This document shows positions 52,244-63,203 of a DNA stretch of 64,000 nucleotides, piece after piece (position 1 is the first letter of the stretch; each line of letters opens with the position of its first letter). This DNA is from Oceanospirillum sp. (GTDB taxonomy: Bacteria; Pseudomonadota; Gammaproteobacteria; Pseudomonadales; Halomonadaceae). The notes under the pieces were generated by a model. That model was not told the DNA's origin. It searched no databases and saw only the letters and a program-made list of their open reading frames with translations. Location of the stretch: positions 63,442 to 127,441 of the forward strand of contig JBLWSY010000007.1 in NCBI GenBank assembly GCA_048270425.1. Reading direction: 5' to 3'. The position numbers and the translations under genes were made by a program.

Positions 52244-54862
52244 TTAATGCTCCAGTTGGTCCAGCAGGCGTTGCTGCAGGGTGCTCAGATCCAGCGGTTT
52301 ATTCAGATAGTCGATAAAGCCTGCTTCAAGTAGCTCTTTTCGTCCATGGTCGGTGCCTGAGGCGGAAACGGCTATAACGGGAATATTGCGGGTCAGCGGG
52401 TTTCGTGAAAGCATCTGCTGGGCCTGATGTCCGCTGATACCGGGCAGGTCAAGATCCATCAGGATCAGATCCGGAGTATCCGACGCCGCTATCTCTAATG
52501 CGATCTCGGCAGAAGCTGCCAGTGTCAGACGATATTCAGGAAGTTCATCGATAAAGGCCTGTAACAGTCGCTGATTAGCGGGGTTATCTTCGACATACAA
52601 CAGGTGATGACAAGCTTCAGTTTCCTCGGCCGAGCTGTCTGAGGCTTTATGCTCGTCATTGTGTTCTGCAGACAGGGGCAGGGTAAACCAGAAGCAGCTC
52701 CCTTTGTGTTCTTCGCTTTCTACTCCGATTTCGCCTTGCATCAATTCCACCAGTTCACGGCTTAATGCCAGACCTATGCCGGTCCCTTCGATAGCTGAGT
52801 TTTCTGCACCAAGACGGCTAAAGGGCTGGAACAGTTGATTGAGCTGATCTGCGGAGATACCGCTTCCGGTATCCTCAACTTCAATACGCAGCATCTTTTT
52901 TTGCTCGATGCAGCGAATGTGTACCTCTCCCTTAGGACGGTTGTATTTTATGGCGTTGGTGACCAGATTGATCAGCACCTGCTGACAGCGGGTATAGTCT
53001 GCAACGACCCATGGGTTCTGAGCCGTCGTTTTTAGTGGGTGCAGCTTAATCTGATATTGGTCGGCAATCGGTTGAAGGCCTTCCAGTGCATCCTGCATCA
53101 TCTCGTGGGCATTCAGGGATTCCAGAGAAACACTGATACGTCCCGCCTCGATCCGGGCCAGATCCAGTACATCGTTGATTAAGGTGAGTAGGTGCTGACC
53201 GCTCTTGTAGATCTGTTTGACATGTCGCTGTTGGCGATCAGTTAGCGGATGCTTACCGGACTGCAGCAATTGAGCAAAGCCCAGAATGGCGTTCATCGGG
53301 GTGCGCAGTTCGTGGCTCATTGAAGAGAGAAATTCGCTCTTTGCCTGACTGGCGTTTTGGGCTGCATCCCGCGCCTGACGCAGTTGCTCGTTGATCTGCT
53401 CCCGCTCATGCATCTGACGGTACAGCCTGATTAACAGGGCGCAGGTGCTGGTAAAAGGGTTAAGCCATTGGGCAAGTTCCGGATGATAGTCCTCCTGGGA
53501 GTTGGCGATGGCAAACATGCCGATCACCTCATCCTGATCATAAATGGGCACACCCATGTAGCGATAGAGCTCAGGGTGACCTGGTGGCAGGTGGCTTTTG
53601 CCACACAGTTCCTGCATCCGGTTGTTGATAATGAGTTTCTCGCCTGCGAAAACCTGGCCGATCAAGGTGTTTGGGTTGGTCAGCAACATATCGCCGGCGA
53701 CCAGCCTTTGCATCAGCTGTCTGGATTCTTCACTCCAGGACAGGTCGGTAATTGCATGCAGCTTTAGTGCTTTTTCATCATCAATGGTCAGTACTTCACC
53801 AATGAAGGCGTAGTCGCTGTTGGTCAGTTCTCTCAGAGCCTCCATCAGAAAAGCCCAGAGCTTGTCCTGCGACAGAAGTGCCTGATAATCCGTCAGCCCC
53901 TGGTGCAGAATTTTGAGCAGGGCTTTTTCCTGCTGTTCGGCCTGTTGGGCGGCTCGTACGTCCCGCAGATCAGAAAGAATGCCGATAAACTGACGCTCAT
54001 TAGGCTGATTGCTGTGGACTTCGCTGACGCCAAGATGAATCGGAATCTGGGTGCCGTCTTTTCGGCGTGCTTCGACCTCGCGGCCTTTACCGATGATTTT
54101 TGCCTGCCCACTGTGCATAAAACGGCTCAGGTAATCGTCGTGTTCCTGGGCCCAGGGAGCCGGCATGATGGTTTTAACGTTTTGACCCTGAAGTTCTTCT
54201 TCACTGTAGTTCAGCAGTTTCTGAGCAAAAGGGTTAACCTCCAGGATAGCGCCGGAATGATTTATCCGGATAATGCCCGCTGCTGCAGAATCAACAATCG
54301 CGCGGTAACGGGCACGACTGATATCCACCTCATTTTTTTCCCGTTCCAGAGCAACGCGTTGCTGATGCAGGCGAATCAGTTCTTCTGCCTGACGGGCCAA
54401 TTGCTCAAGGCGGGTGATCTCCCGATCAGAAAGTTTTCTGGGCTTTGTATCCAGTACACAAAAGCTACCCAGATAAAGTCCTTCCCGGATACGAATGGGA
54501 ATACCGGCATAAAAGCGAACGGCATGTTCTCCGGTGACCAAGGGGTTGTCCCGAAAGCGCTCATCGTTCAAGGTGTCCGGGATAATCAGGTTTTGTCCAT
54601 GATAGACCGCATGGGAGCAGAACGAGATATCTCTGCCGGTCTCGCAACTTGCAAACCCCTGTCTTGATTTGAACCATTGTCGGTTCTGATCCACCAGAGA
54701 AACCAGTGCGACCGGTGCGTCAAACAGGTCTCTTGCCAGTTCGGTCAGACGGTCAAAGCCCGGATCCTGCTCGGTATCCAGAATGGCCAGATCGTGCAGG
54801 TGTTGCAGGCGTTCTGTTTCATTGTCGGGCAAAAGCATCGGGTTCCGGTCACGGGAGTGCAT
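52244..54862 (-). CDS. Hybrid sensor histidine kinase (GAF-PAS-GAF-HisKA-HATPase-REC)
   Basis: It has the H-box SHELRTPMNAILGF, N/G boxes (NAIKYN, GTGIGL) and a C-terminal REC (DLILMDLDLPG). It ends 2 nt before the downstream RR-EAL gene. Confidence 0.9.
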   Translation of the reverse strand: MHSRDRNPMLLPDNETERLQHLHDLAILDTEQDPGFDRLTELARDLFDAPVALVSLVDQNRQWFKSRQGFASCETGRDISFCSHAVYHGQNLIIPDTLNDERFRDNPLVTGEHAVRFYAGIPIRIREGLYLGSFCVLDTKPRKLSDREITRLEQLARQAEELIRLHQQRVALEREKNEVDISRARYRAIVDSAAAGIIRINHSGAILEVNPFAQKLLNYSEEELQGQNVKTIMPAPWAQEHDDYLSRFMHSGQAKIIGKGREVEARRKDGTQIPIHLGVSEVHSNQPNERQFIGILSDLRDVRAAQQAEQQEKALLKILHQGLTDYQALLSQDKLWAFLMEALRELTNSDYAFIGEVLTIDDEKALKLHAITDLSWSEESRQLMQRLVAGDMLLTNPNTLIGQVFAGEKLIINNRMQELCGKSHLPPGHPELYRYMGVPIYDQDEVIGMFAIANSQEDYHPELAQWLNPFTSTCALLIRLYRQMHEREQINEQLRQARDAAQNASQAKSEFLSSMSHELRTPMNAILGFAQLLQSGKHPLTDRQQRHVKQIYKSGQHLLTLINDVLDLARIEAGRISVSLESLNAHEMMQDALEGLQPIADQYQIKLHPLKTTAQNPWVVADYTRCQQVLINLVTNAIKYNRPKGEVHIRCIEQKKMLRIEVEDTGSGISADQLNQLFQPFSRLGAENSAIEGTGIGLALSRELVELMQGEIGVESEEHKGSCFWFTLPLSAEHNDEHKASDSSAEETEACHHLLYVEDNPANQRLLQAFIDELPEYRLTLAASAEIALEIAASDTPDLILMDLDLPGISGHQAQQMLSRNPLTRNIPVIAVSASGTDHGRKELLEAGFIDYLNKPLDLSTLQQRLLDQLEH

Positions 54863-54992
54863 AAAAAAACCTTTATAAAATTAGGGTCTTATAGTGCCGG
54901 TTAGCACCGGATTCCAAGGTATATACGGAGTTTGCAATATTGTGGATGCTTCTTTGTACTATTGGAAGTGGGGGCAGGCGATTCTGTAACGA

Positions 54993-55017
54993 AAAACCGG
55001 CCAAAAAGGCCGGTTTT
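54993..55017. terminator. Bidirectional rho-independent terminator (serves htpX)
   Basis: The sequence is AAAACCGGCC-aaaaa-GGCCGGTTTT. Confidence 0.8.
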
Positions 55018-55045
55018 AATAATTATGGTCAGCTTGGTGGGTCGA

Positions 55046-55927
55046 TTAGCGACCACGCTGCAGGGCTGCGATACGATCATCCAGTGGCGGGTGGGATGCA
55101 AACAGTGCAGACATTTTACCGCCGGAGATAGCTAGGGCTGTCATCGAGCCTTTCATCACGCTTTCTTCACCGGATTCAGCTTTCAGACGTTGCAGGGCTG
55201 AGATCATCGCCTGGCGATCCGCTAGTGTTGCACCGGCGTGATCCGCTCGGAATTCACGTTGACGGCTGAACCAGGCCACAACGGCAGAAGCCAGAATGCC
55301 GAACAGGATATCCAGAATAATGGTCAGTACCATCTCTGCAACCCAGCCCAGGCCACCCTCACCTTCTTCATCGGCAGTGAACTGGTCAATGGCATAAACC
55401 ACAACGCGGGTAGCGAAGAGTACGAAGGTGTTTACGACACCCTGAATCAGCGACAGCGTTACCATGTCACCATTGGCGACGTGCCCGATTTCGTGGGCCA
55501 GTACCGCACGCACTTCATCCGGACTCATACGCTGCAGCAGGCCGGCACTGACCGAAACCAGAGCATCGTTTTTATTCCAGCCGGTAGCAAAGGCGTTAGA
55601 TTCCATTGCCGGAAAAATACCAACGGTTGGCATTTTAATACCGGCTTTCTGGGATAATTCTGCAACTGTCTGCAGCAGCCAGGCTTCGGTTTCGTTACGC
55701 GGCTGGTCGATCACCTGTGTACGGGTGCTCATCTTGGCCATCGTTTTAGACATAAACAGGGAGATCAGTGAGCCGGTAAAACCGAACACGGCACAGAAGA
55801 TCAGCAAGCTGGTCAGGTTGAGGCTACCGCCGGCTTTGTAATTGCCTACCCCCAGTACGCTAAGGACGATACCTGCAATCACAAGTACAGCCAGGTTCGT
55901 TAAAAGGAATAGTCCGATACGCATCAT
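55046..55927 (-). CDS. htpX: Membrane zinc protease HtpX
   Basis: It has the HEIGH zinc motif ([13 protein letters not shown]) and the TM layout and length of HtpX. Confidence 0.95.
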   Translation of the reverse strand: MMRIGLFLLTNLAVLVIAGIVLSVLGVGNYKAGGSLNLTSLLIFCAVFGFTGSLISLFMSKTMAKMSTRTQVIDQPRNETEAWLLQTVAELSQKAGIKMPTVGIFPAMESNAFATGWNKNDALVSVSAGLLQRMSPDEVRAVLAHEIGHVANGDMVTLSLIQGVVNTFVLFATRVVVYAIDQFTADEEGEGGLGWVAEMVLTIILDILFGILASAVVAWFSRQREFRADHAGATLADRQAMISALQRLKAESGEESVMKGSMTALAISGGKMSALFASHPPLDDRIAALQRGR

Positions 55928-55963
55928 ATCTGCGAATTCTCCATCAAGTTAATCTGATACCTT

Positions 55964-55998
55964 TTATTGGGTTTAACATATCCGCTTACAAGGGTGAG
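55964..55998 (-). promoter_or_regulatory. Sigma-32-type heat-shock promoter upstream of htpX
   Basis: The minus strand reads CTCACCCTTGTAA-N14-CCCAATAA, against the consensus CTCNCCCTTGAA-N13-17-CCCCATNT. It lies about 37 nt upstream of the ATG. Confidence 0.5.
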
Positions 55999-56109
55999 CG
56001 CTTTTTTCTCTGATCGCTGGCCTGTTAGGGGCTATGCTTTTTTTCATCATTATCCAATAAGGTGACCATTTGATAACGGTCAAAATTTTTGGTTCCGTGA
56101 AAGTTCCCC

Positions 56110-56149
56110 AAAAAATATAAAAAAAGTGCCCCGTTTATTGCGGAGCACT
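56110..56149 (-). terminator. Rho-independent terminator after alaA
   Basis: The minus strand reads AGTGCTCCG-caataaa-CGGGGCACT followed by TTTTTTTATATTTTTT. Confidence 0.75.
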
Positions 56150-56175
56150 GTTCAGTATTGCTGCTCAACGTGGTT

Positions 56176-57390
56176 CTACTGACTGTATTTACTCAGAAAG
56201 CGTGCGATGCGGTTAATTGCATCTTCCAGTTGGTCGACATAAGGCAGCGAGACAATACGGAAGTGGTCAGGCTCCGGCCAGTTAAAGGCGGTACCCTGAA
56301 CCACCAGCATTTTCTCTTGCTTGAGCAGGTCATAGGCGAATTTTTCATCGTCATGGATGTTAAAGCGTTTCACATCCAGTTTCGGGAACAGGTAAAGCGC
56401 ACCTTTCGGCTTCACGCAGCTGATACCGGGAATATTATCCAGCATCTCCCAAGCAAGATCCCGCTGCTCTTTCAGACGGCCACCGGGCAGAATCAGGTCG
56501 TTAATGCTCTGATAACCCCCGAGAGCTGTCTGGACCGCATGCTGGGCTGGTACGTTGGCGCACAGGCGCATGGATGAAAGCATGTTAAGGCCTTCGATAA
56601 AGTCAGAGGCCTTGTGTTTATTTCCACTGATGATCATCCAGCCGGAACGGAACCCTGCTACCCGGTAAGACTTAGACAGGCCGTTAAAGGTCAGGAAAAG
56701 CACATCATCGGCAAGACTTGCGATAGAGGTATGAACTTCGCCGTCGTACAGGATTTTGTCGTAGATCTCGTCTGCCAGAACCACCAGATTGTGTTCCCGG
56801 GCAACCTCAATAATCTCCTGCAGCAGAGATTCCGGGTAGAGTGCGCCGGTTGGGTTGTTCGGGTTGATAATCACGATGCCCTTGGTGCGCTCGGTGATCT
56901 TGCTGCGGATATCATTAATATCCGGATACCAGTCAGACTGCTCATCACAGATGTAGTGAACGGCTTTGCCACCGGCCAGCCGGGTAGCAGCGGTCCATAG
57001 CGGATAATCCGGAGCCGGGATCAGTAGTTCATCGTCATCATTCAGCAAGCCTTGGGTGGCCATAGCGATCAGCTCGCTGACGCCGTTGCCCAGATAGATA
57101 TCTTCAATGGATACATTGTCGATCTTTTTGCGCTGACACTCCTGCATCACCGCCTTACGGGCCGAATATAAACCTTTGGATTCGCAGTAGCCCTGGGCAT
57201 TGGGCAGGTTATAAAGTACATCCTGCAGAATCTCTTCCGGTGCCTCAAAGCCGAATGGGGCCGGGTTGCCGATATTCAGTTTAAGAATACGGTGACCTTC
57301 CTCTTCCATTCGTTTGGCTTCTTCAAGGACAGGTCCACGGATGTCATAACATACATTGTTCAGTTTTGTGGACTTTTTGATGGTTTGCAT
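56176..57390 (-). CDS. alaA: Glutamate-pyruvate (alanine) aminotransferase, AlaA type
   Basis: It is near-collinear with E. coli AlaA (SKLENVCYDIRGP.., NIGNPAPFGF, INPNNPTGA, FNGLSKSYRVAGFR, MRLCANVPAQHA). Confidence 0.9.
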   Translation of the reverse strand: MQTIKKSTKLNNVCYDIRGPVLEEAKRMEEEGHRILKLNIGNPAPFGFEAPEEILQDVLYNLPNAQGYCESKGLYSARKAVMQECQRKKIDNVSIEDIYLGNGVSELIAMATQGLLNDDDELLIPAPDYPLWTAATRLAGGKAVHYICDEQSDWYPDINDIRSKITERTKGIVIINPNNPTGALYPESLLQEIIEVAREHNLVVLADEIYDKILYDGEVHTSIASLADDVLFLTFNGLSKSYRVAGFRSGWMIISGNKHKASDFIEGLNMLSSMRLCANVPAQHAVQTALGGYQSINDLILPGGRLKEQRDLAWEMLDNIPGISCVKPKGALYLFPKLDVKRFNIHDDEKFAYDLLKQEKMLVVQGTAFNWPEPDHFRIVSLPYVDQLEDAINRIARFLSKYSQ

Positions 57391-57586
57391 ACGGGTTCCG
57401 TTGTGCGGTAAGGGTATAGGGTGGGGCAGTTTTGCCTCATTGTTGGAAAGGATCCATATTAAATAATTTATCGGGCTTTGGTAAGCGGATAAACAGATGA
57501 ATAGTCTGACTTGTGGGTTTTTTTCACGGGAGTGATATGCTGTTTTTCTGGTAAACCTAATTCAAACAATAAAAAGGACCGTAGCA

Positions 57587-58414
57587 ATGGCTAAGGAGCA
57601 ACCCCAAATGGCTCAAAATGCGGGTATTGAGAGTGTTTCAGATTTACTGGTGATTCGAGATGACAGGGCTGGTGTTTGTTATCTCACCCTTAACAGACCA
57701 AAGGCATATAATGCTTTATCTCTTGGCTGTATGCAGGCGTTAATCAATGAGCTGGATGCTGTCTCTGAAGATAAGTCGATTAAAGCTGTGGTCATTTCCG
57801 GAAGCGGCAAAGGCTTTTGCGCTGGCCATGACCTGAGGGAGATGAAAGAAGGGGCTACAGAGGATTTCTATCAGAAAACCTTCTCAACCTGTGCGGAGTT
57901 GATGGCGAAGGTTCAGGCTATCCCTCAGCCGGTGATCGCTAAGGTTCACGGCATTGCTACGGCAGCGGGTTGTCAGCTGGTCGCAACCTGTGATTTGGCC
58001 TATGCGGCTTCGGATTCCCGTTTTGCGACTCCGGGAGTGAATATCGGGCTGTTCTGTTCAACACCTATGGTGGCGCTGACGCGGGCTGTGCATCCCAAGC
58101 AGGCGATGGCGATGCTGCTCACCGGTGAAATGGTTTCTGCGGATAAAGCGGAAAAGGTAGGGCTGATTAATGAAGCTGTTGCGCCGGATCAGCTGGATAC
58201 GCGGGTGGAACAGATTGCTCAGCTGATTGCTGCTAAGTCATCTTACACGCTTAAGGTTGGCAAGGAGGCTTTCTATCAGCAAAGGGAAATGAGTCAACGC
58301 GACGCCTACAACTACTGCAGTCAGGTGATGACTGAGAATATGTTAGCTCATGATGCTCAGGAAGGTGTTGATGCGTTTCTGAATAAGCGCTCTCCTTGCT
58401 GGCAGGGACGCTAA
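57587..58414 (+). CDS. Enoyl-CoA hydratase/isomerase (crotonase) family protein
   Basis: It has the motifs LNRPKAYNAL, GKGFCAGHDL and HGIATAAGCQL. Confidence 0.85.
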   Translation: MAKEQPQMAQNAGIESVSDLLVIRDDRAGVCYLTLNRPKAYNALSLGCMQALINELDAVSEDKSIKAVVISGSGKGFCAGHDLREMKEGATEDFYQKTFSTCAELMAKVQAIPQPVIAKVHGIATAAGCQLVATCDLAYAASDSRFATPGVNIGLFCSTPMVALTRAVHPKQAMAMLLTGEMVSADKAEKVGLINEAVAPDQLDTRVEQIAQLIAAKSSYTLKVGKEAFYQQREMSQRDAYNYCSQVMTENMLAHDAQEGVDAFLNKRSPCWQGR

Positions 58415-58437
58415 GCACAACTAACAATTAAAGTGGT

Positions 58438-59640
58438 TCAGGTAGCCTGAACCACTTTATTGCGTCCTGATTTCTTTGCCTCGTATAGCGAGTTATCCAC
58501 CCTGTGCAGGGCTTCACTGAAACCCTCGTCCGGCTTAAGTTCACCCACACCAATACTGACAGTGAAACGTACGGGCTCATTCTCTTTGGACGTTACCCAG
58601 GATTGCTCGCACCGCATACGAATACGTTCAGCGGCCTTTAACGCATTGTCTATACTGCTACCTGGCAGAATCGCAGCAAACTCTTCGCCACCGTAGCGGG
58701 TCAGAATGTCGGTACTGCGTAGCTCATCCTTCATGATTTGACTGAATGCCTGAAGCACCCGGTCACCGGTCAGGTGGCCGTGGGTATCGTTAATTCGCTT
58801 AAACCTGTCGAGATCCAACATCAGTAAGCTGACCTGCGGGCGCTCTGATTTCTTCCAGTTTTTATTCAGTTCTTTGACCCGCTCCATCATGATACGTCTG
58901 TTCAGTAGTCCCGTTAGGGGATCACGGGTTGCCTGACGGTAGAGGCGAAGCAACATGTGCAGTTGCGCCTGATTGGCCCAAAGTGCGATTACCAGTAAGG
59001 TGCTGATCAACCAGAGATCTTTAAACCCCTCAAGGGAGAAAAGCGTTCCGGCAAAAAAATCGTTGTAGAGCAGTGTAATGATAAGCCCCGCTCCGAGAAC
59101 GCTGGCTTCCAGAATCGTTAGGGGAAATACACTGAGTATGGCCACTAAAAGAAAGGGTATAAAGCTGTATCCGATTAAAGCCTCATTACCGCCGAGCAGT
59201 CTGAACAAGCTGGCAGTATAGAAGACCGCGGGCAAGGCGATCATCAATGTGAGACAGAAAAGAGAGTGCTGAAGGTTGCGCTTTCTCGCATTATTAATCA
59301 GTAACAGCGCCAGCATTGAGCTGAACAACATCAAACGATAGAAGGCAATAGTGCCCAGATCTTCGGATTCCAGTAGCAGGTAGTCCAGTGGGATCCAAAG
59401 GGGGGCAAAAATAGCGAAAACGACACTCAGAATATTAACCCGTGTGCGGATATATTCGCTGCGGGCAGCATTAAAGTCGTCAGAGTGATAGCGGTTGGTC
59501 AGGGTATCAAACAGGTTGAGTTCTGACAGTTTTCGATACAGTCCGCCTGTGGCTTCATCCAGAGCAGTTGCGGCCGACGGAGTCTGGCGTCGCTCGACCG
59601 GAGGATCATTGTCCGGGCTGGAGGGTGAAGGGCTTGGCAT
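58438..59640 (-). CDS. Membrane-anchored diguanylate cyclase (GGDEF)
   Basis: It has about six N-terminal TM segments followed by DPLTGLLNRR ... RYGGEEF. Confidence 0.9.
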   Translation of the reverse strand: MPSPSPSSPDNDPPVERRQTPSAATALDEATGGLYRKLSELNLFDTLTNRYHSDDFNAARSEYIRTRVNILSVVFAIFAPLWIPLDYLLLESEDLGTIAFYRLMLFSSMLALLLINNARKRNLQHSLFCLTLMIALPAVFYTASLFRLLGGNEALIGYSFIPFLLVAILSVFPLTILEASVLGAGLIITLLYNDFFAGTLFSLEGFKDLWLISTLLVIALWANQAQLHMLLRLYRQATRDPLTGLLNRRIMMERVKELNKNWKKSERPQVSLLMLDLDRFKRINDTHGHLTGDRVLQAFSQIMKDELRSTDILTRYGGEEFAAILPGSSIDNALKAAERIRMRCEQSWVTSKENEPVRFTVSIGVGELKPDEGFSEALHRVDNSLYEAKKSGRNKVVQAT

Positions 59641-59824
59641 AAGTGGACGGCTACCTTTAGGTTATTGGTGCCTGCCACTTAATTTGGCAGGCTTTAAAGT
59701 AAAATGCTGCTTAGCTTATCGAAAGCAGTTAAAGCTTCTTTTGATTTGTATCAATTGCAGAAATACTCCGCTGACGACTTTAGCAGGGTAAAGCTGTTAT
59801 GGGGTATTACCCGGAAGTCTGCTT

Positions 59825-60703
59825 TTAGTCGCCGGTGGTTTCCGGATTTTCCTCTTCAGCAACAGGCTCTGGGATATCTTCAGGCACTTCCAGTGACAGG
59901 CGTCCCATATGCCCACCTCTGAGATCGTTCAATAGTACTTCAGATGCTTTGTGCCAGTCGATTTCACCACCTGCTCTGAGGCCGCCACGTTTACTGGCAA
60001 TCAGCTCTAATACTGCTTCAGGTGTCTCGGGCAGTTCTTTCATTTTGTATCGGGTAGCCAGAGGCTTGGGATAGCGAACCATCAGCTCGCCGGCGGCAAA
60101 CATGGCAATATCCAGATAATCGATGGCTGTATTTCGAATAGCGCCTGAGGTTGCTAATCGGTAGGCGCTATTCTGATCTTCAATACGGGGCCATAGCACC
60201 CCTGGCGTATCGATAATAGCAATACCTGTGGGCAGTGTGATTTTCTGTTGACGCTTGGTGACCGCAGGTTCATCGCCTACTTTTGCGACTTTTTTCCCTG
60301 CAAGGCTGTTAATCAAGGTGGATTTACCCACGTTGGGGATACCCATGACCATGACCCGAACTGCACGATCTTTGCGCACTTGTCCTGCCATCTCTTTTAC
60401 GATTTTGGGGATCTGCTTTAGCGTGCGTGATTCTGTGGTGGTGACCGTTATAGCGCGGGTTTCTTCCTGTTCTTCGAAGTGTTTGATCCATCGCTTAGTA
60501 ATAGCAGGATCGGCCAGATCGTCACGACTCAGAATTTTAAGGCAAGGCTTGTTGCCCCTTAGCTCATTCAGCATAGGATTGGCACTGGAGTAGGGTAGCC
60601 GTGCATCCAGTACTTCAATGATGACATCAATTTCCGGCAGGGCGTCTTTGATTTGGCGACGTGCCTTGTTCATATGTCCCGGATACCAACCTAACATCGC
60701 CAT
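59825..60703 (-). CDS. ylqF: Ribosome biogenesis GTPase YlqF/RbgA (circularly permuted)
   Basis: It has WYPGHMNKA, DARLP, the permuted G4-G1 order (ILSRDDL ... GIPNVGKST) and DTPG. Confidence 0.9.
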   Translation of the reverse strand: MAMLGWYPGHMNKARRQIKDALPEIDVIIEVLDARLPYSSANPMLNELRGNKPCLKILSRDDLADPAITKRWIKHFEEQEETRAITVTTTESRTLKQIPKIVKEMAGQVRKDRAVRVMVMGIPNVGKSTLINSLAGKKVAKVGDEPAVTKRQQKITLPTGIAIIDTPGVLWPRIEDQNSAYRLATSGAIRNTAIDYLDIAMFAAGELMVRYPKPLATRYKMKELPETPEAVLELIASKRGGLRAGGEIDWHKASEVLLNDLRGGHMGRLSLEVPEDIPEPVAEEENPETTGD

Positions 60704-60750
60704 GGGGCTCTCCTGTGTTGCATAACGCAGCGCTTTTAACGTATCGCATA

Positions 60751-60789
60751 TAACAAAACAAGCCGCTGAAGCTTAAGGCTAAAGCGGCT
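60751..60789 (-). terminator. Terminator after msrB
   Basis: The minus strand reads AAGCCGCT-N15-AGCGGCTT followed by GTTTTGTT. Confidence 0.6.
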
Positions 60790-60849
60790 TAACAAAGATT
60801 AAAATTATATCAAGCAGGCGGAATTTAATCAGCAGTTTAATGCTGTGGG

Positions 60850-61269
60850 TTATTTTTTGGCCTCAACCGGCGTGAAGTCCAGAGAAGCGGAGTTCACGCA
60901 ATAACGCAGACCAGTGGGTTGAGGGCCATCGGGGAAAACGTGCCCCAAATGAGCGTCGCACTGTTGGCAAAGAATCTCTGTGCGAACCATGCCGTGGCTT
61001 TCGTCTGTTCGCTCACTAATGGCATGCTCATTGATGGCTTGCCAGAAACTGGGCCAGCCACTACCGGATTCGTACTTGGTATCAGAGTCAAAAAGCGGGG
61101 CTTTACAGCAAACGCAGAGATAGGTACCGGTTTCGTGATGGTCATAATATTTACCCGTGAAGGGAGGCTCAGTTCCTCCGCAACGGCAGATATTATATTG
61201 TTCCGGGGATAGTTTTTTTTGCCACTCCTGCTCGTTGGCGGAGAGTGGCTTTTGCTCGTAGTCAGACAT
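60850..61269 (-). CDS. msrB: Peptide-methionine (R)-S-oxide reductase
   Basis: It has two CxxC pairs (CVCC../[10 protein letters not shown]) and [17 protein letters not shown]. The start is ATG 61269 or GTG 61284. Confidence 0.9.
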   Translation of the reverse strand: MSDYEQKPLSANEQEWQKKLSPEQYNICRCGGTEPPFTGKYYDHHETGTYLCVCCKAPLFDSDTKYESGSGWPSFWQAINEHAISERTDESHGMVRTEILCQQCDAHLGHVFPDGPQPTGLRYCVNSASLDFTPVEAKK

Positions 61270-61307
61270 AATAAGAGGTATCACTAACAGGTTTTTGGAA
61301 TAGCGCC

Positions 61308-62087
61308 TTAATCATAGACCTGTTTTTTCTTCCATTGATCCTCTTCTTCCATCATTTTTTCGAACTCTTTGGTCAGCTGATCACCGTCCTGCTGGCCTTC
61401 CAGTCGCTGTTGCTGCTCCTGTTTGGCAGCGGTTTCTTCCAGTTCATCAATACGTTTTTTAGTGGCAAGAATCTGGTCGGTGTAATCACCTGCCTGGTTG
61501 TTTTTGCCCATTTCGCTAATGACGCGGCGATAGTGGATCGCAGCAATTTTAGGTTTCATCTCCCGCTCAGACTTTTTAGCGGCTGAGACATAGACCTCAA
61601 TAATTGTTTGAGCAAAGGCTTTGCGCAGCTGTTTCAGGAATCCTTGGGCGGCACCGTGAGAGATTTTTTTCTCCTGATATTGCACAGAGATATGCTTGTG
61701 TAGCAGCTTCAGATTGCGACGAACATTGTTGGCAGTCTGAATGTCAGTGACGGGGACAGTGGAAACGTTTTTATTTTTGGTGGCAAATTCGAGCATCTGT
61801 TTTGCGTTTTCGAGATGCTTGGCAACTTTGTCATCAGGGTCCGCTTCATATTGCTGCTGAAACAGTTCAACCACGCTTCGGGAGAGGAATATGCGCATGT
61901 CCTGTCCCAGATAGTGAGCGGGTATCTCTTCCATAAGGAACATCAGGTTTCTGGCACGATCACCCAAAGAGCGAAGATAGCGAATATGGTCAATACGCTT
62001 CTTCTCTGCAGCTTGTTTGGAGTAAACAATAAAAATGAGGCCCAGTGCTAATGAAAGCACAACGCCAAGAATGATCACTGATGACAT
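61308..62087 (-). CDS. Membrane-anchored coiled-coil protein of unknown function (259 aa)
   Basis: It has an N-terminal TM segment ([19 protein letters not shown]) followed by a helical K/E/Q-rich region. I recognise no family. Confidence 0.6.
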   Translation of the reverse strand: MSSVIILGVVLSLALGLIFIVYSKQAAEKKRIDHIRYLRSLGDRARNLMFLMEEIPAHYLGQDMRIFLSRSVVELFQQQYEADPDDKVAKHLENAKQMLEFATKNKNVSTVPVTDIQTANNVRRNLKLLHKHISVQYQEKKISHGAAQGFLKQLRKAFAQTIIEVYVSAAKKSEREMKPKIAAIHYRRVISEMGKNNQAGDYTDQILATKKRIDELEETAAKQEQQQRLEGQQDGDQLTKEFEKMMEEEDQWKKKQVYD

Positions 62088-62367
62088 TCCAGGTTCCCTT
62101 TATCCTGAGCTTTATAATTTTGGTATCCGATAAGTGTTTCACTTTGTATCAGGCGCTTACTATATATGAAGACAAGCACTGATATCTATTGCCTATCGGC
62201 ACAATCCCTTAAAACTTAAAAAAGCAGTTGTGATACACCTTGATGAATAATAAGAGAAAAATCGAGATGGTGCGAATTATAACGGACTGTTTCCTAAAGG
62301 CTTTGATGGCAGCTGAGGGCGCTAAGCAAAACACCGGAAGTTTTTGATAAGAAAAGGAAAAAAGGTG

Positions 62368-62396
62368 TTGACACCCATTGTGGTGCTCTATAAAAT
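62368..62396 (+). promoter_or_regulatory. Sigma-70 promoter of the tRNA array, with a GC-rich discriminator
   Basis: TTGACA (62368-62373), a 17-bp spacer and TAAAAT (62391-62396) are followed by GCGCGCC. An A-rich UP-like tract lies upstream. Confidence 0.7.
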
Positions 62397-62435
62397 GCGC
62401 GCCATCCTTCGATGAGGGGTTATTTGCAAGATTAC

Positions 62436-62511
62436 GTCCCATTCGTCTAGTGGCCTAGGACACCGCCCTTTCACGGCGGTAACAGGGGTTCGAACCCCCT
62501 ATGGGACGCCA
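62436..62511 (+). tRNA. tRNA-Glu (UUC)
   Basis: It is 76 nt with acceptor GTCCCAT/ATGGGAC, anticodon stem CCGCC/GGCGG, loop CTTTCAC and an encoded CCA. Confidence 0.95.
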
Positions 62512-62549
62512 CTTCTTGCGCTGTTAAGTTTTACTTGCAGCATTGTGAT

Positions 62550-62625
<76 letters not shown>

Positions 62626-62675
62626 ATTTAACTCTGATACAGAGTTCGCCTAGAAAGAATTAAAACATGTTATAC

Positions 62676-62751
62676 GTCCCATTCGTCTAGTGGCCTAGGA
62701 CACCGCCCTTTCACGGCGGTAACAGGGGTTCGAACCCCCTATGGGACGCCA
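62676..62751 (+). tRNA. tRNA-Glu (UUC)
   Basis: It is identical to the copy at 62436-62511. Confidence 0.95.
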
Positions 62752-62775
62752 TTTTCTGCTTTGAAGCAGTGTGAT

Positions 62776-62851
<76 letters not shown>

Positions 62852-62928
62852 ATTGTTTAAAGATGGTTAATGTGTTGCCGAACTTATCAGGTTTAACTTT
62901 AAAGATGTTTCGGTCTTTAAAGTGTTGC

Positions 62929-63004
62929 GTCCCATTCGTCTAGTGGCCTAGGACACCGCCCTTTCACGGCGGTAACAGGGGTTCGAACCCCCTATGGGAC
63001 GCCA
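62929..63004 (+). tRNA. tRNA-Glu (UUC)
   Basis: It is the third identical copy. Confidence 0.95.
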
Positions 63005-63027
63005 TTTTCTGCTTTATGCAGCTTTAT

Positions 63028-63103
<76 letters not shown>

Positions 63104-63110
63104 GATTCTG

Positions 63111-63142
63111 AAAAGCCAGTCGTTAACGCGACTGGCTTTTTT
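63111..63142 (+). terminator. Rho-independent terminator of the tRNA operon
   Basis: The sequence is AAAAGCCAGTCG-ttaacg-CGACTGGCTTTTTT. Confidence 0.9.
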
Positions 63143-63203
63143 CGTTTTAGCCGATACAAAAATGAACAACAGAGTGAGTGTCGACCTCGTTGTTCTTGGT
63201 GGA

